DNA of 64,000 nucleotides from an uncultured Actinomycetes bacterium (GTDB taxonomy: Bacteria; Actinomycetota; Acidimicrobiia; IMCC26256; PALSA-555), in assembly GCA_963849135.1 (NCBI GenBank), contig CAWKGF010000002.1:957305-1021304 (forward strand), read 5' to 3'. The notes beneath the pieces are model-generated. The model had not been told where the DNA came from and made no database searches. It was given only the letters and a program-made list of their open reading frames with translations. The position numbers and the translations under genes were made by a program. This document shows, piece after piece, positions 34,555-45,894 of this stretch. The stretch's first letter is position 1, and each line of letters begins with the position of its first letter.

Positions 34555-35709
34555 TCCATCGGCACCTTGCGGACGATCCGCCCGTCGATGCGGGCCAGGA
34601 TCTCGTCGAGGGACAGGCCGGTGATGGTCAGCCCGTGGTTGCGCTGCCCCACCACGGCCCGGGTCGGGTCCGGCGCCCGTCGGACCAGGTCCGCGACCGC
34701 CTCCGCGAGCTGCACCGTCCCGCACGGGTAGTTGACGTCGGTCGCCGCGGTGCCCTCGATCCAGGCGTGGACGTGCAGCACCGCGCCCACCGCGGGATGC
34801 TCGCGGTAGATCATCCAGTGCTCGATCGCGTCGACCGACACCCGGTTCGGGGTCACGTCGGGCGGCACGGCCAGGACCATCGTGTCGCCGACCGGGTCGT
34901 AGCCGCGGACGAGCAGCACCTCCCGCCCGACCTGGCGCAGCTGCGCCTTGTCCACGCCGCTGGCGCTCATCCAGAACTCGGGCCCGAACCCCGAATCGGT
35001 CGGCGGCTGCCGGCGGGCGCTCACGTTCCCGTAGCTCAGCCCGCCGATCCCGAACAGCAGCCGCACGTGGTGCAGGTCGCGAGGCGACAGGATCTCCTCG
35101 ATCGGGAACGCGGCCGGCAGCAGGTCCAGCGCCGCGAGCCGCGACCCGGCCCGGCCGATCTGCGACGACTGCTCGTCCCCGTCCCACAGCCCCCGCTCCA
35201 GGTCGGATCGGAACTCGTTCGCGATCACCAGCCGCGATGAGGCCAGCGGCTCGACCCGCTCCCGCACCGCGGCGAAGAACGCGGCGTCGTCGCCGTGATG
35301 TTCGACCGTGTACGTCCCCTGCTCCAGGGTCACGAAGTGCGCGGCCGGGCCCTCCTCGCTGACCAGCACGGCCAGGTTGGCGAGCCCCCGCACCAGGACC
35401 GGGTACCCGACCCGCAGCAGGTCGTCGGGCTGCTGCGGGACCGCGGCGACCGCGACCACGAACGTCGGCGCGTGCCGGCGCCGGTAGGGGCGGGTCGCGT
35501 CGACGTCGACCGCGTGGAGGACCACCTGCACGTCCGGGCCCGGCGCCGGCCGGGCCTCGTAGCCGAGCCTTGGCCAGCACCCCGGCCAGCCCGTCGAGGA
35601 ACCAGGCCTGGCGGGGCGACCTGGCCCGCCCGCTCCGCGCGAAGGTCCGCTCCGCCACCGCGCTCCGATCCGATCGGACGGCCCGCGTCGGCTGCGTGCG
35701 GGTCGCCAT
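34551..35709 (-). pseudogene. Class II aldolase/adducin-domain protein with ~170-aa N-terminal extension, frameshifted as sequenced
   Basis: [47 protein letters not shown] | [23 protein letters not shown]... (ORF 34551..35531 frame). The C-terminal part GNVSAR...MSASG...EHWMIY...GAVLHVH...PCGT...NHGLTITG is the class II aldolase fold. The extra base is at 35568. Confidence 0.7.
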
Positions 35710-36641
35710 CAGCTGCTGGCCTCCCGGCCCGGGCCGCCCTCCAGGACCGCGACGCTGCGCACCGTCGGCAGGTCGTGGGCGAGGCGGCGCCAGGTCCGGC
35801 CCCCGTCCTCGCTCGCGAACACCGACGTGTCCGCGCCCGCGGCGACCGCGTCGCCGCGGGCGTCGAGTGCCGAGGTGTCGACCAGGCCCGGGAGCCACTC
35901 GGGAAGCCCGACCCGGCACCGCTCGAACGTTCCGCCGTCCAGGTCGCGGTGGTACAGCGCGGCCCGGCGCCCGAACGGCCCGTCGGACGCGCTCACGATC
36001 ACCCGGCCGGTCGGGAACGCCACCGCCCGCAGGTAGGTGGCGTGCAGCCCGGCCGTCGACGGGGCCGACCAGGTCCGGCCGCCGTCGCGCGACTCGAGCA
36101 GCCCCACCGCGGCGGCGGCCATCGCCACCCTGGCGTCGAGCGGATGGGCTCGCACCTGGTGCACGTCCTCGTCGACGTCGACGGTTGGCGCCCACGACGC
36201 CCCCCCGTCGTCCGAGCGTGCGATCCCGCCCACGTGCACCGACGCCAGCCAGGCGCCGTCCACGGTGCGGCTCAAGGAGCGCACGTAGGGCGTGGCGCTC
36301 CCCACCGTGTGCCAGTCGTCGCGGCCTCCGACCCGGTCGAAGCCGCCCAGCGGGACGGCGGCGCCGTCGGCCGTGGACCACAGCCGGGCGTCCCCGGTGC
36401 CGACCAGCGCCCCGGGCTCGGTCGACAGCACCGCCGTCACCGGCGCGTCGACCCCCGATGGCCAGCGGTGCCACCGTCCGTCCGCGTCGCGGCGCGCCAC
36501 CGAGTCGCGGTCGAGCACCACCCAGCACTCGTGATTCGGCGACGCGTGCAGGCTCCGCGCCGCGCCGTCGAGTTCCGAGCGCGCCGTGCCGTCGTCGCCG
36601 ACGGCGAGCACGCCGTGGTCGGTGGCGACCAGCACGCGCAT
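35709..36641 (-). CDS. BNR/Asp-box repeat (sialidase-like beta-propeller) protein
   Basis: From ATG 36641 ([18 protein letters not shown]...). It carries Asp-boxes [16 protein letters not shown] and SEDGGRTW. Its stop overlaps the next start (TGATG). Confidence 0.7.
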   Translation of the reverse strand: MRVLVATDHGVLAVGDDGTARSELDGAARSLHASPNHECWVVLDRDSVARRDADGRWHRWPSGVDAPVTAVLSTEPGALVGTGDARLWSTADGAAVPLGGFDRVGGRDDWHTVGSATPYVRSLSRTVDGAWLASVHVGGIARSDDGGASWAPTVDVDEDVHQVRAHPLDARVAMAAAAVGLLESRDGGRTWSAPSTAGLHATYLRAVAFPTGRVIVSASDGPFGRRAALYHRDLDGGTFERCRVGLPEWLPGLVDTSALDARGDAVAAGADTSVFASEDGGRTWRRLAHDLPTVRSVAVLEGGPGREASS

Positions 36642-36689
36642 CGAGTTAAGCCTACGACCGTCCCGCGGCGGCACCACTACGCTGGCGCC

Positions 36690-38369
36690 ATGCCTGAGTC
36701 CGTGAAACCCCGCAGCTTCGAGGTCACCGACGGCATGGAGCGGGCCCCCGCGCGCGCCATGCTGCGCGCCATCGGCATGACCGACGCCGATTGGGGCAAG
36801 CCCCAGATCGGGGTTGCGTCGAGCTGGAACGAGGTGACGCCCTGCAACCTGCCCCTCGACCGGCTCGCCAAGCGAGCCAAGGAGGGCGTGCGCGACGCGG
36901 GCGGGTTCCCGATCGAGTTCGCCACCATCGCGGTGAGCGACGGCATCTCGATGGGCCACGAGGGCATGCGGGCCTCGCTGGTCAGCCGCGAGATCATCGC
37001 CGACTCCATCGAGTGCATGATGCACGCCGAGCGCCTCGACGGTCTCGCCACCTTCGCCGGCTGCGACAAGAGTCTGCCCGGGATGCTGATGGCCGCGGCC
37101 CGCCTCAACCTCCCCTCGGTGTTCCTGTACGGCGGGTCGATCCTCCCCGGCCACTACAAGGGCCAGAGCCTCGACATCGTCAGCGTCTTCGAGGCGGTCG
37201 GCGCCTGCGCAGCCGGCACCATGAGCGAGCACGAGCTCGGCGAGATCGAACGGCGGGCCTGCCCCACCGAGGGCTCGTGTGCCGGCATGTTCACCGCCAA
37301 CACGATGGCGTCGGCCGCCGAGGCGCTCGGCATGGCGCTGCCCGGCAGCTCGTCGCCCCCCGCGGTCGACCGCCGCCGCGACGACTTCGCGTTCGAGACC
37401 GGCCGCGCCGTGGTCGGGCTCCTCGAGGCCGGGCTACGACCCCGCCAGATCATGACCAAGGACGCGTTCGAGAACGCGATCGCGGTCGGGATGGCCCTCG
37501 GCGGGTCCACCAACCTCGTCCTGCACCTCCTCGCCATCGCCTACGAGGCTGACGTCGAGCTCGACCTCGACGACTTCAACCGGGTCGGCGCCCGCGTCCC
37601 CCACATCGCCAACATGAAGCCGCACGGCGACTACCACATGACCGACCTCGACCGGGTCGGCGGCGTGCAGGTCGTCATGCGGATGCTGCTCGACGCCGGG
37701 CTCCTCCACGGCGACTGCCTTACCGTCACCGGCCGCACCGTCGCCGAGAACCTCGCCGCGCTCGACCCGCCCGGACCCGACGGCTCCGTCGTGCACCCCC
37801 TCGACTCGCCCATCCACCGACAGGGCGGCATCGCGGTCCTGCGCGGCTCGCTCGCGCCGCAGGGCGCGGTGGTGAAGGTGGCCGGGATCGACATCCCCCG
37901 CTTCGAGGGCCGGGCCCGGGTCTTCGACGGTGAGGAGTTCGCGATGGAGGCGATCCTCGCCGGGCGCATCGAGGCCGGAGACGTCGTCGTCATCCGCTAC
38001 GAGGGCCCGAAGGGCGGGCCCGGCATGCGCGAGATGCTGGCCGTCACCGGCGCCATGAAAGGCGCCGGGCGGGGCGCCGACACGGCGCTGCTCACCGACG
38101 GCCGCTTCTCCGGAGGGACGCACGGGTTCTGCGTCGGGCACGTCGCCCCCGAAGCCGTCGACGGCGGCCCCATCGCGCTGATCGAGGAAGGCGACCGCGT
38201 CGTCATCGACGCCGACCAGCACACCATCGACCTCCTCGTCGACGACGCCGTGCTCACCAAGCGGCGCGCGACCTGGAAGCCGCTCGAGCCCCGGTACACG
38301 AGCGGAGTGCTCGCCAAGTACGCGCGGCTCGCCCAGGGCGCCGAGCGGGGCGCGATCACCAGCGCCTGA
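36690..38369 (+). CDS. ilvD: Dihydroxy-acid dehydratase
   Basis: From ATG 36690: [29 protein letters not shown]...[11 protein letters not shown]...[16 protein letters not shown]...[13 protein letters not shown]. About 559 aa and intact. Confidence 0.95.
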   Translation: MPESVKPRSFEVTDGMERAPARAMLRAIGMTDADWGKPQIGVASSWNEVTPCNLPLDRLAKRAKEGVRDAGGFPIEFATIAVSDGISMGHEGMRASLVSREIIADSIECMMHAERLDGLATFAGCDKSLPGMLMAAARLNLPSVFLYGGSILPGHYKGQSLDIVSVFEAVGACAAGTMSEHELGEIERRACPTEGSCAGMFTANTMASAAEALGMALPGSSSPPAVDRRRDDFAFETGRAVVGLLEAGLRPRQIMTKDAFENAIAVGMALGGSTNLVLHLLAIAYEADVELDLDDFNRVGARVPHIANMKPHGDYHMTDLDRVGGVQVVMRMLLDAGLLHGDCLTVTGRTVAENLAALDPPGPDGSVVHPLDSPIHRQGGIAVLRGSLAPQGAVVKVAGIDIPRFEGRARVFDGEEFAMEAILAGRIEAGDVVVIRYEGPKGGPGMREMLAVTGAMKGAGRGADTALLTDGRFSGGTHGFCVGHVAPEAVDGGPIALIEEGDRVVIDADQHTIDLLVDDAVLTKRRATWKPLEPRYTSGVLAKYARLAQGAERGAITSA

Positions 38370-38434
38370 CCGGCGCCGCCTCGACGCGGGTCCCACGCCG
38401 ACGATCCCGCCGGGGCGGACCCTACGATGACGCC

Positions 38435-39106
38435 GTGCGAGTCCTCGTCGTCGAGGACGAGACCAAGATGGCGTCGCTGCTTCGACGCGGCCTCGAACGG
38501 GAGGGCTACGCGGTCGACGTGGCCGCCAACGGCGACGACGCGATCTGGTACGCCACCGAGACCGCGTACGACGCCATCGTCCTCGACGTGATGATCCCGC
38601 CCCCCGACGGCTTCGAGGTGTGCCGCCAGCTCCGCGCCGGCGGCCGCTGGGCGCCGGTGCTGCTGCTCACCGCCCGGGACGGCGTCGACGACCGCATCGC
38701 GGGCCTCGACGCGGGCGCCGACGACTACCTCACCAAGCCGTTCGCGTTCGCCGAGCTCTGCGCCCGGGTCCGGGCCCTCGTCCGCCGTCGCGCCACCGAG
38801 CGACCCGTCGTCCTCGCCGCCGACGACCTCGAGCTCGACCCCGTCACCCACCGCGTCCACCGCCACGACACCGAGATCACGCTCTCCCCGAAGGAGTTCG
38901 CCCTCCTCGAGCTGTTCCTCCGCCACCCCGACGACGTCCTCACCCGGGGCCAGATCCTCGAGCACGTCTGGGACTTCGCGTTCGACGGCACCTCGAACGT
39001 CGTCGACGTGTACGTCCGCTACCTGCGAGAGAAGATCGACCGCCCCTTCGACCGAGACTCGATCGAGACCATCCGCGGCGTCGGCTACCGGCTCCGGACG
39101 TCATGA
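38435..39106 (+). CDS. OmpR-family response regulator
   Basis: VLVVEDE...DAIVLDVMIP...TKPF receiver domain, then winged-helix LSPKEFALLELFLRHP...RGVGYRL. Confidence 0.9.
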   Translation: MRVLVVEDETKMASLLRRGLEREGYAVDVAANGDDAIWYATETAYDAIVLDVMIPPPDGFEVCRQLRAGGRWAPVLLLTARDGVDDRIAGLDAGADDYLTKPFAFAELCARVRALVRRRATERPVVLAADDLELDPVTHRVHRHDTEITLSPKEFALLELFLRHPDDVLTRGQILEHVWDFAFDGTSNVVDVYVRYLREKIDRPFDRDSIETIRGVGYRLRTS

Positions 39107-40454
39107 GGCTCGCTCCCCGAACCCTGCGCGGCCGGCTCGTCGTCATCTTCGCCGCCCTCACCGTCGTGCTGTCCGGCAGCGTCGCTTCGTTCGTGCTCAT
39201 CCGGTACCACAGCGACGTCAACGCGCAGCTCGACGTCAACCTTCAGACCCGCCTCCAGGACGTCATCACCGAGGTGCGGCGCGCCCCCGTCCGGTGACCG
39301 GCCGGAACCTCCCCATCCTGCCGAGCGGGGAGGTGTTCGCCCAGGTCCTCGACGCCGACAAGGACGGGGACATCCTCGCCGCGTCACCGCGCGCGCTCCT
39401 CACCCATCAGCTGCTCGGGACCGCCGACCTGAGCCACCTCGGAGCCAAGCGCACCTTCGAGCGGCCCGAGCCGCCCCACGGCGACACCGCCCGCCTGCTG
39501 GCCGAGACCGTCCCGGTCGGCAACCAGCGGTTCGTCGTCGTCGTCGGCACCTCGGTCGGGCCGCTCGAAGCCGCCGAGCGCCAGCTCGAACGGGCGGTCG
39601 GCATCACCCTCGCCCTCCTCGCCGTGCTCGTCATCACCGCGGGCTGGATGGTCGTCGGCGCCGCGCTGCGCCCGGTCCGGGCCATGGTCGCCGAGGCGGC
39701 CGACTACTCGGTGCGCCGCCGGGGCGGGCGCCTCTCCGTCCCCGCGACGGCGGAGCTCGCCGAGCTCGCCCAGGGCCTCAACGCGCTCATCGAACGGATC
39801 GACGCCTCCATCGACCACGAACGGGCCTTCCTCGACGACGCCAGCCACGAGCTGCGCACCCCGATCGCCATCGCCCACGGCGAGCTCGAGCTCGCCGCCC
39901 TCCAGGTCGGCGACGACCCCGCGGTCGGCGTCGCGGTCCACTCCGCGCTCGAGGAGGTCGAGTACCTCGAGCGGCTCGCCGTCAACCTCCTCGTCCTCGC
40001 CCGCAGCCGCGCCTCCGACCCGCCCCCCGACCGTCCCGTCGACCTGCGCCAGGTCGCGGCGCGGGCCGTCGACGTCGTGAGCCGCACCGGGCGCGACGAC
40101 GTCGAGATCCGCGTGTCCGGGCAGGCCAGCGCGACGGGCGACGAGATGGCCCTCGAGCGGGCCGTCGTGAACGTCGTCGACAACGCGGCCCGCAACGCCG
40201 AGCACCACGTCGACATCGTCGTCGGCGCCGTCAACGGCGACGCCCGAGTCGAGGTCCGCGACGACGGACCCGGGTTCCCGCCCTCCGTGCTCGACCAGGT
40301 GCCGGGCCGCTTCGTGCACACCACCCCCGGCGGCACTGGCCTCGGCCTCGCCATCGTCGACGCCATCGTCGCCGCCCACGGTGGGCACCTCTCGCTGCGG
40401 TCCCTCGACGGGGCCGGCGCCGAGGTGATCCTCGAGCTGCCCGTGCACCGCTGA
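39103..40454 (+). pseudogene. Sensor histidine kinase (partner of the OmpR-type regulator), frameshifted as sequenced
   Basis: The ATG overlaps the regulator stop (ATGA). TM1 LVVIFAALTVVLSGSVASFVL ... EVRRAP is followed by a frame change at the C5 run 39284-39288, then ...TGRNLPILPSGEVFAQVLD...TM2...HAMP...FLDDASHELRTPIA (H-box)...GGTGLGLAIV. Confidence 0.85.
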
Positions 40455-40464
40455 CCGTCGCGCC

Positions 40465-41265
40465 GTGCCCGAGATCCTCGAGGTCGAGACGGCCCGCCGC
40501 GTCCTCGAGGACCACGCCCTCGGCCGCGAGATCGCCCGCGTCGACGCCCCCGACCGCTGGTACCTCAAACGGGGCCTCACCCCGGCCGCGGTGCGCAGCG
40601 CGCTCCCCGGGCGGCGCTTCGTCACCGCCCGCCGGCGCGGGAAGCTCCTCCTCCTCGACACCGACGGCCCCGTCGACGAGGACGGCCCGACCCTTGGCCT
40701 GCACCTCGGGATGACGGGCCGGGTCGTCGTCGACGACGTCGCGGCCGGCGATCCGCTCCTCTACGCCAGCAACCGGGCCGAGCGCCGCTGGCACCGCTTC
40801 ACCGTGCACTTCACCGACGGCGGCGCGCTCACGATGCGGGACCCCCGCCGGCTCGGCGCGGTCGAGCTCGACCCCGACGAGGACCGGCTCGGCGTCGACG
40901 CGCTACGCCTCACCACCCCCGCGCTGCGCGCCGTGCTCCAGTCCCGCCGCGGCCCGATCAAAGCCGTCCTCCTCGACCAGCACGGCGTGGCCGGGCTCGG
41001 CAACCTCCTCGTCGACGAGATCCTCTGGCGGGCCGGCCTCGCCCCGACGCGCACCGTCCCGTCGCTCGACCCGTCCGACACGGGCCGGCTGGCCCGCAGC
41101 ATCCAGACCGCGGTGAAGGTCCTCGGCCGGCGGGGCGGATCCCACACTGGCGACCTCATGGCCGAGCGCCACCCCGACGGCCGCTGCCCGCGCGACGGCA
41201 CCCCGCTGCGCCGAGCCACGGTCGGGGGCCGCACCACCTACTGGTGTCCGCTCCACCAACGCTGA
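40465..41265 (+). CDS. Fpg/Nei-family DNA glycosylase/AP lyase
   Basis: N-terminal (M)PEILEVE with catalytic Pro2/Glu3, H2TH region GLGNLLVDEILWRAGL, and a C-terminal zinc finger CPRDG...YWCPLHQ. Confidence 0.85.
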   Translation: MPEILEVETARRVLEDHALGREIARVDAPDRWYLKRGLTPAAVRSALPGRRFVTARRRGKLLLLDTDGPVDEDGPTLGLHLGMTGRVVVDDVAAGDPLLYASNRAERRWHRFTVHFTDGGALTMRDPRRLGAVELDPDEDRLGVDALRLTTPALRAVLQSRRGPIKAVLLDQHGVAGLGNLLVDEILWRAGLAPTRTVPSLDPSDTGRLARSIQTAVKVLGRRGGSHTGDLMAERHPDGRCPRDGTPLRRATVGGRTTYWCPLHQR

Positions 41266-41327
41266 CCCGCGTCCCACGCCGAGATCGCTTGCTCCCCGCC
41301 GCGCCGGTCTGGCACACTGGAGGCGTC

Positions 41328-41360
41328 ATGAGCCGCCCCACCATCCTCGTAGTTATGTAG
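41328..41360 (+). promoter_or_regulatory. ilvB leader peptide ORF MSRPTILVVM* (branched-chain-amino-acid attenuation leader)
   Basis: GGAGG lies 4 nt upstream of the ATG. Four consecutive Ile-Leu-Val-Val codons (atc ctc gta gtt) include two A/T-ending Val codons that are rare in this GC-rich sequence. GC-rich hairpins follow, then ilvB 94 nt downstream. Confidence 0.65.
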
Positions 41361-41396
41361 CGCACGCCCCGCCACCGCGGCGCGTGCGCTCCCTTG

Positions 41397-41421
41397 CCCC
41401 TCGCCCACGCGAGGGGCGTTT
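41397..41421 (+). terminator. Attenuator hairpin CCCCTCGC-ccac-GCGAGGGG followed by cgTTTcat, between leader peptide and ilvB
   Basis: A perfect 8-bp GC stem and short T tract are read directly from the sequence. It is preceded by a second long hairpin (41360-41367 paired with 41382-41389, plus an inner 4 bp). Confidence 0.55.
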
Positions 41422-41453
41422 CATATCCGGAGCCCGTTCGAAGGACGACACCG

Positions 41454-43180
41454 ATGCAACTGACCGGCGCCCAGGCGCTCATCAAGAGCCTCGAGATGGA
41501 AGGCGTGGAGGTCATGTTCGGCCTCCCCGGGGGCGCCATCCTCCCCGTCTACGACCCGCTCATCGACAGCTCGATCCGCCACATCCTCGTGCGCCACGAG
41601 CAGGGGGCCGGGCACATGGCCGAGGGCTACGCACACGCGACCGGCCGTCCCGGCGTGGCGATGGTCACCAGCGGGCCCGGCGCCACCAACATCGTCACCG
41701 CGCTCTGCGACGCGTACATGGACTCCATCCCAATCGTCGTCATCACCGGGCAGGTCGCGTACACCGTCATCGGGACCGACGCCTTCCAGGAGTGCGACAC
41801 GGTCGGGATCACCATGCCGGTCACCAAGCACAACTGGCTGATCACCGAGGCCCGCGACATCCCCCGGGTGATCCGCGAGGCGTTCCACGTCGCGACCACC
41901 GGCCGGCCCGGCCCGGTGCTCGTCGACGTCCCGAAGGACGTCGCCAACCAGATGATGGAGTGGTACTGGCCCGACAGCGTCGACCTGCCCGGCTACAAGC
42001 CGACCCTGCGCGGCCACCCCAAGCAGATCAAGGACGCGGCGCGCCTGATGTGCGAGTCGCAGCGGCCCGTCATCTACGCCGGCGGCGGCATCCTCAAGGC
42101 CCGAGCCGCGGAGGCGCTGCGCGAGCTTCGTCGACCTGACCGGCTTCCCGGTCGTGACCACCCTCATGGCGCGAGGCGCGTTCCCCGACGACCACGACCT
42201 GTGCCTCGGGATGCCCGGCATGCACGGCAACTACACCGCCGTCACCGCCATGCAGCAAGCCGACCTGCTCCTCGCCCTCGGCTCCCGCTTCGACGACCGG
42301 GTGACCGGCAAGCTGAGCGGCTTCGCGCCCGACGCCAAGATCATCCACGTCGACATCGACCCCGCCGAGGCTCGGCAAGGTGCGTCGCGCCGACGTGCCG
42401 ATCGTCGGTGACTGCCGCCGCGTGATCGAGGAGCTCGTCCAGGCTGTCCGGGCCAGCCAGGTCAAGCGCGACTGGCCGTCGCTCGCCCCCTGGCACACCC
42501 AGCTGCGCGACTGGCAGCGCCTGTACCCGCTCGTGTTCGAGCAGCTCGAGGACGGCCCGCTCAAGCCCCAGTATGTGATCGACATGCTGCGCGACCACAC
42601 CCCCGACGACACGATCGTCGTGTCGGGGGTGGGGCAGCACCAGATGTGGACCAGTCAGCACTGGCGGTTCAACTTCCCCTACACCTGGGTGAACTCGGGC
42701 GGGCTCGGCACCATGGGCTTCGCGGTGCCGGCCTGCATCGGCGCCAAGGTCGGGAAGCCGGAACGGCTGGTCTGGGCCGTGGACGGGGACGGCTGCTTCC
42801 AGATGACCGCCCAGGAGCTCGTCACCGCCAGCGCGGAGCGGATCCCGGTCAAGGTCGCGATCCTCAACAACGCGTACCTCGGCATGGTCCGCCAGTGGCA
42901 GGAGCTCTTCTACGAGGAGCGCTACAGCGAGGTGTACCTGTCCCCGGACCTGCCCGACTACGTCAAGTGGGCGGAGGCGATGGGCTGCGTCGGGTTCCGG
43001 GTCGACCACCCCGACGACGTCGTGCCCACCATCGAGAAAGCCAACGCGATCGACGACCGGCCCGTCGTCGTCGACTTCCGGATCGACTACCGGGAGAAGG
43101 TGTACCCGATGGTGCCCGCCGGCGCCTCCAACGACGACATCATCCTCGACCCGGCCCACGACCGGCCGGGCGGACGATAG
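41454..43180 (+). pseudogene. ilvB: Acetolactate synthase large subunit, two frameshifts as sequenced
   Basis: [34 protein letters not shown]...ALRE | [23 protein letters not shown]...IHVDIDPAE | [14 protein letters not shown]...GLGTMGFAVPACIGAKV...NNAYLGMVRQWQ. Extra bases are at 42126 and 42370. Confidence 0.95.
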
Positions 43181-43188
43181 GAGCCTCC

Positions 43189-43722
43189 GTGCCCAGCCCC
43201 GCCAAGCACCACATCCTGAGCGTCCTCGTCGAGAACAAGTTCGGCGTGCTCACCCGCGTCGCCGGCCTCTTCGCCCGTCGCGGCTTCAACATCGTGTCGC
43301 TGGCGGTCAGCCCCACCGAGGACGAGCGGTTCAGCCGCATGACGATCGTCGTCGATGCCGACGAGACCCCCCTCGAGCAGGTCACCAAGCAGCTCAACAA
43401 GCTCATCCCGGTCATCAAGATCGTCGAGCTCGCCCCCGACGAGGCCGTCGAACGCGAGCTGATGCTCGTCACCGTCAAAGCCACCGCCGAGGCCCGATCG
43501 CAGATCACCGAGCTCGCCGCCATCTTCGAGGCCAAGATCGAAGACGTCGGCTACGAGGCCCTCACCATCCTCGTCGCCGGCACCCCAGCCAAGCTTGACG
43601 CCATGACCGACCTCCTCGCCCCGTTCGGGCTCGTCGAGCTCCAACGCACCGGCCGAATCGCCCTCCCCGTCCTGGCCCGACGACCCGCGCGCCTGCGCGC
43701 GGTCAAGAACCGAGGTGCATGA
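43189..43722 (+). CDS. ilvN: Acetolactate synthase small (regulatory) subunit
   Basis: GTG 43189. ACT domain HILSVLVENKFGVLTRVAGLFARRGFNIVSLAVSPTEDERFSRMTIVV. Confidence 0.9.
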   Translation: MPSPAKHHILSVLVENKFGVLTRVAGLFARRGFNIVSLAVSPTEDERFSRMTIVVDADETPLEQVTKQLNKLIPVIKIVELAPDEAVERELMLVTVKATAEARSQITELAAIFEAKIEDVGYEALTILVAGTPAKLDAMTDLLAPFGLVELQRTGRIALPVLARRPARLRAVKNRGA

Positions 43723-44762
43723 CCGAACCCCGCGAGGCGGCAGGGCACCCCGACCCGGCGCCGACCCGCCGAGCCCCGGCAGCCTCGGCCGCGGCCCTCG
43801 ACCGACGTCGAGCGCCGCCCGCGGGACCGACGGCGCTCCTCGTCGCCGTCGTCGCGGCCCTGACCTTCACCGCCGCGGCCGCCGGCGCGGCGACGCGGGC
43901 GGCGACGACGCCGAGCGTCACGACCTTCCAAGTCGGAGCGCAACCCGACCGGGTCGTGGTCGGAGCCGGCGCGGTGTGGGCCGGCGACGTCGGGGACCTG
44001 ATCCGCGTCGACCCGCGCACCGGTGCCCTGCGCAGGGTGCCCGACGCCGCGACACCGATCGCGGTCGGCGACGGCGCGGTGTGGGCGCGGGCACTCCTCC
44101 GCTTCGACACCGTCGAGCGGCTCGACCCGAGCACCGACGCCGTCGTCGCCACCATCTCGCTGCCCGGCCTGCCGGCCGCGATCGCCGCCGGCCCGACCGC
44201 GGTGTGGATCGTCGACTCCACGGGCGTGCTCACCCGCATCGACCCCGCCACGAACACCGTCGCGGCCACGATCCCGCTCGGCGTGCTCGGCTTCGGCGTC
44301 GCGAGCACCCCCACCGCGATCTGGGCCTCCGGCCAGACCCCGGACGGGACCTTCGAGCTGTGGCGCGTCGACCCCGCGACGAACGCGGTGGTGGCGACGC
44401 TCGACACCAGCGGGCCGTGCAGCCCGCTTGCCAGTGCCGGCGAGGCCACCTGGGCGCAGTGCGGCGTCGCGCAGCACGTCGACCCCACGTCGAACCAGCT
44501 GGTCGCGACGAGCACCAGCGCCTTGAACGGCCTCGCGGTCGGACCGCGGACGGTGTACGCCCTCGACGGGGACGGGCACCTCACTGGAATCGACGCCCAG
44601 ACCGGGCAGGCCCGCCCGATCCTCGACGTCCCCGCCCTCGCCGAGGGGCTCGCGCTCGGCGCGGGCGCGCTTTGGATCACCGACCCCGGCCTCGTCGGCG
44701 CGTCCGCGCTCCACGGGACCGGCACCCTGCTCCGCGTCCGCGACACCGGCGGCGGGCCGTGA
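43719..44762 (+). CDS. Secreted/membrane-anchored YVTN/YncE-like beta-propeller repeat protein
   Basis: 347-aa ORF whose ATG overlaps the ilvN stop (ATGA). It has an N-terminal hydrophobic segment [21 protein letters not shown] and repeated units of the type L.R(I/V)DP.TN.VVATI. Confidence 0.7.
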   Translation: MTEPREAAGHPDPAPTRRAPAASAAALDRRRAPPAGPTALLVAVVAALTFTAAAAGAATRAATTPSVTTFQVGAQPDRVVVGAGAVWAGDVGDLIRVDPRTGALRRVPDAATPIAVGDGAVWARALLRFDTVERLDPSTDAVVATISLPGLPAAIAAGPTAVWIVDSTGVLTRIDPATNTVAATIPLGVLGFGVASTPTAIWASGQTPDGTFELWRVDPATNAVVATLDTSGPCSPLASAGEATWAQCGVAQHVDPTSNQLVATSTSALNGLAVGPRTVYALDGDGHLTGIDAQTGQARPILDVPALAEGLALGAGALWITDPGLVGASALHGTGTLLRVRDTGGGP

Positions 44763-44853
44763 GCCGCGCCACGCCGCTCACGCCAACCGGCCCGGGCCCG
44801 GACCGGAACCGTTCGCTACCCTGACCAACCACCGCAAGCCGCACGGAGGACCG

Positions 44854-45882
44854 ATGCCCGCCGCCATCTTCTACGACGCTGACGCCGACCTCGCCCTGCT
44901 CGAGGGCCGCAAGGTCGCCGTCCTCGGCTACGGCTCGCAGGGCCACGCCCACGCGCTGAACCTGCGCGACTCCGGCGTCGACGTGCGCGTCGGCCTCCGC
45001 GAAGGCTCCCGGTCGTGGGCGAAGGCCGAAGAGGCCGGCCTGCGGGTCGTGCCCACTGCCGACGCAGTCAAGGAAGCTGACGTCATCATGGTCCTGCTCC
45101 CCGACACCGAGCAGGCCGAGGTCTACGAGCGCGACATCGCGCCCAACCTCAGCGACCGCGACTCGCTGGCCTTCGCACACGGGTTTAACATCCACTTCGG
45201 GCAGGTCAAGCCGCCTCGCGGCGTCGACGTGTGGATGATCGCCCCGAAGGGCCCCGGCCACCTCGTCCGCCGCACCTTCGAGGAGGGCGGCGGCGTCCCC
45301 TCTCTCGTCGCGGTGTCCGCCGACGAGACCGGGAAGGCCAAGCAGACCGCGCTCGCCTACGCCAAGGCCATCGGCGCCACCCGGGCCGGGGTGCTCGACA
45401 CCACCTTCGAGGAGGAGACCGAGACCGACCTGTTCGGCGAGCAGGTCGTGCTCTGCGGCGGCCTCACCGAGCTCATCACCTCCAGCTTCGAGACCCTCGT
45501 CGAGGCCGGCTACCAACCCGAATCGGCGTACTTCGAGACCCTCCACGAGGTGAAGCTCATCGTCGACCTCATCTACGAGGGCGGCATCGCCAACATGCGC
45601 TACTCGATCTCGGACACCGCCGAGTACGGGGACATGACCCGCGGGCCGAGGATCATCACCGACGACACCCGCGCCGAGATGCGCCGCATCCTTGACGAGA
45701 TCCGAGGCGGCCGGTTCGCCCGCGAGTGGATCCTCGAGAACAAGGCCGGCCGGCCCGTCTTCAACGCGCTGCGGCGCCGAGCCGCCGAGCACCCCATCGA
45801 GGAGGTCGGGGAGCGCCTCCGCTCGATGATGCCCTGGATCGGGGAAGGCAAGGCGCGACCCCAGGACGTCTCCGGCGGCTGA
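44854..45882 (+). CDS. ilvC: Ketol-acid reductoisomerase
   Basis: 342 aa: [19 protein letters not shown]...[11 protein letters not shown]... Confidence 0.95.
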   Translation: MPAAIFYDADADLALLEGRKVAVLGYGSQGHAHALNLRDSGVDVRVGLREGSRSWAKAEEAGLRVVPTADAVKEADVIMVLLPDTEQAEVYERDIAPNLSDRDSLAFAHGFNIHFGQVKPPRGVDVWMIAPKGPGHLVRRTFEEGGGVPSLVAVSADETGKAKQTALAYAKAIGATRAGVLDTTFEEETETDLFGEQVVLCGGLTELITSSFETLVEAGYQPESAYFETLHEVKLIVDLIYEGGIANMRYSISDTAEYGDMTRGPRIITDDTRAEMRRILDEIRGGRFAREWILENKAGRPVFNALRRRAAEHPIEEVGERLRSMMPWIGEGKARPQDVSGG

Positions 45883-45894
45883 GCATCCCCGACC

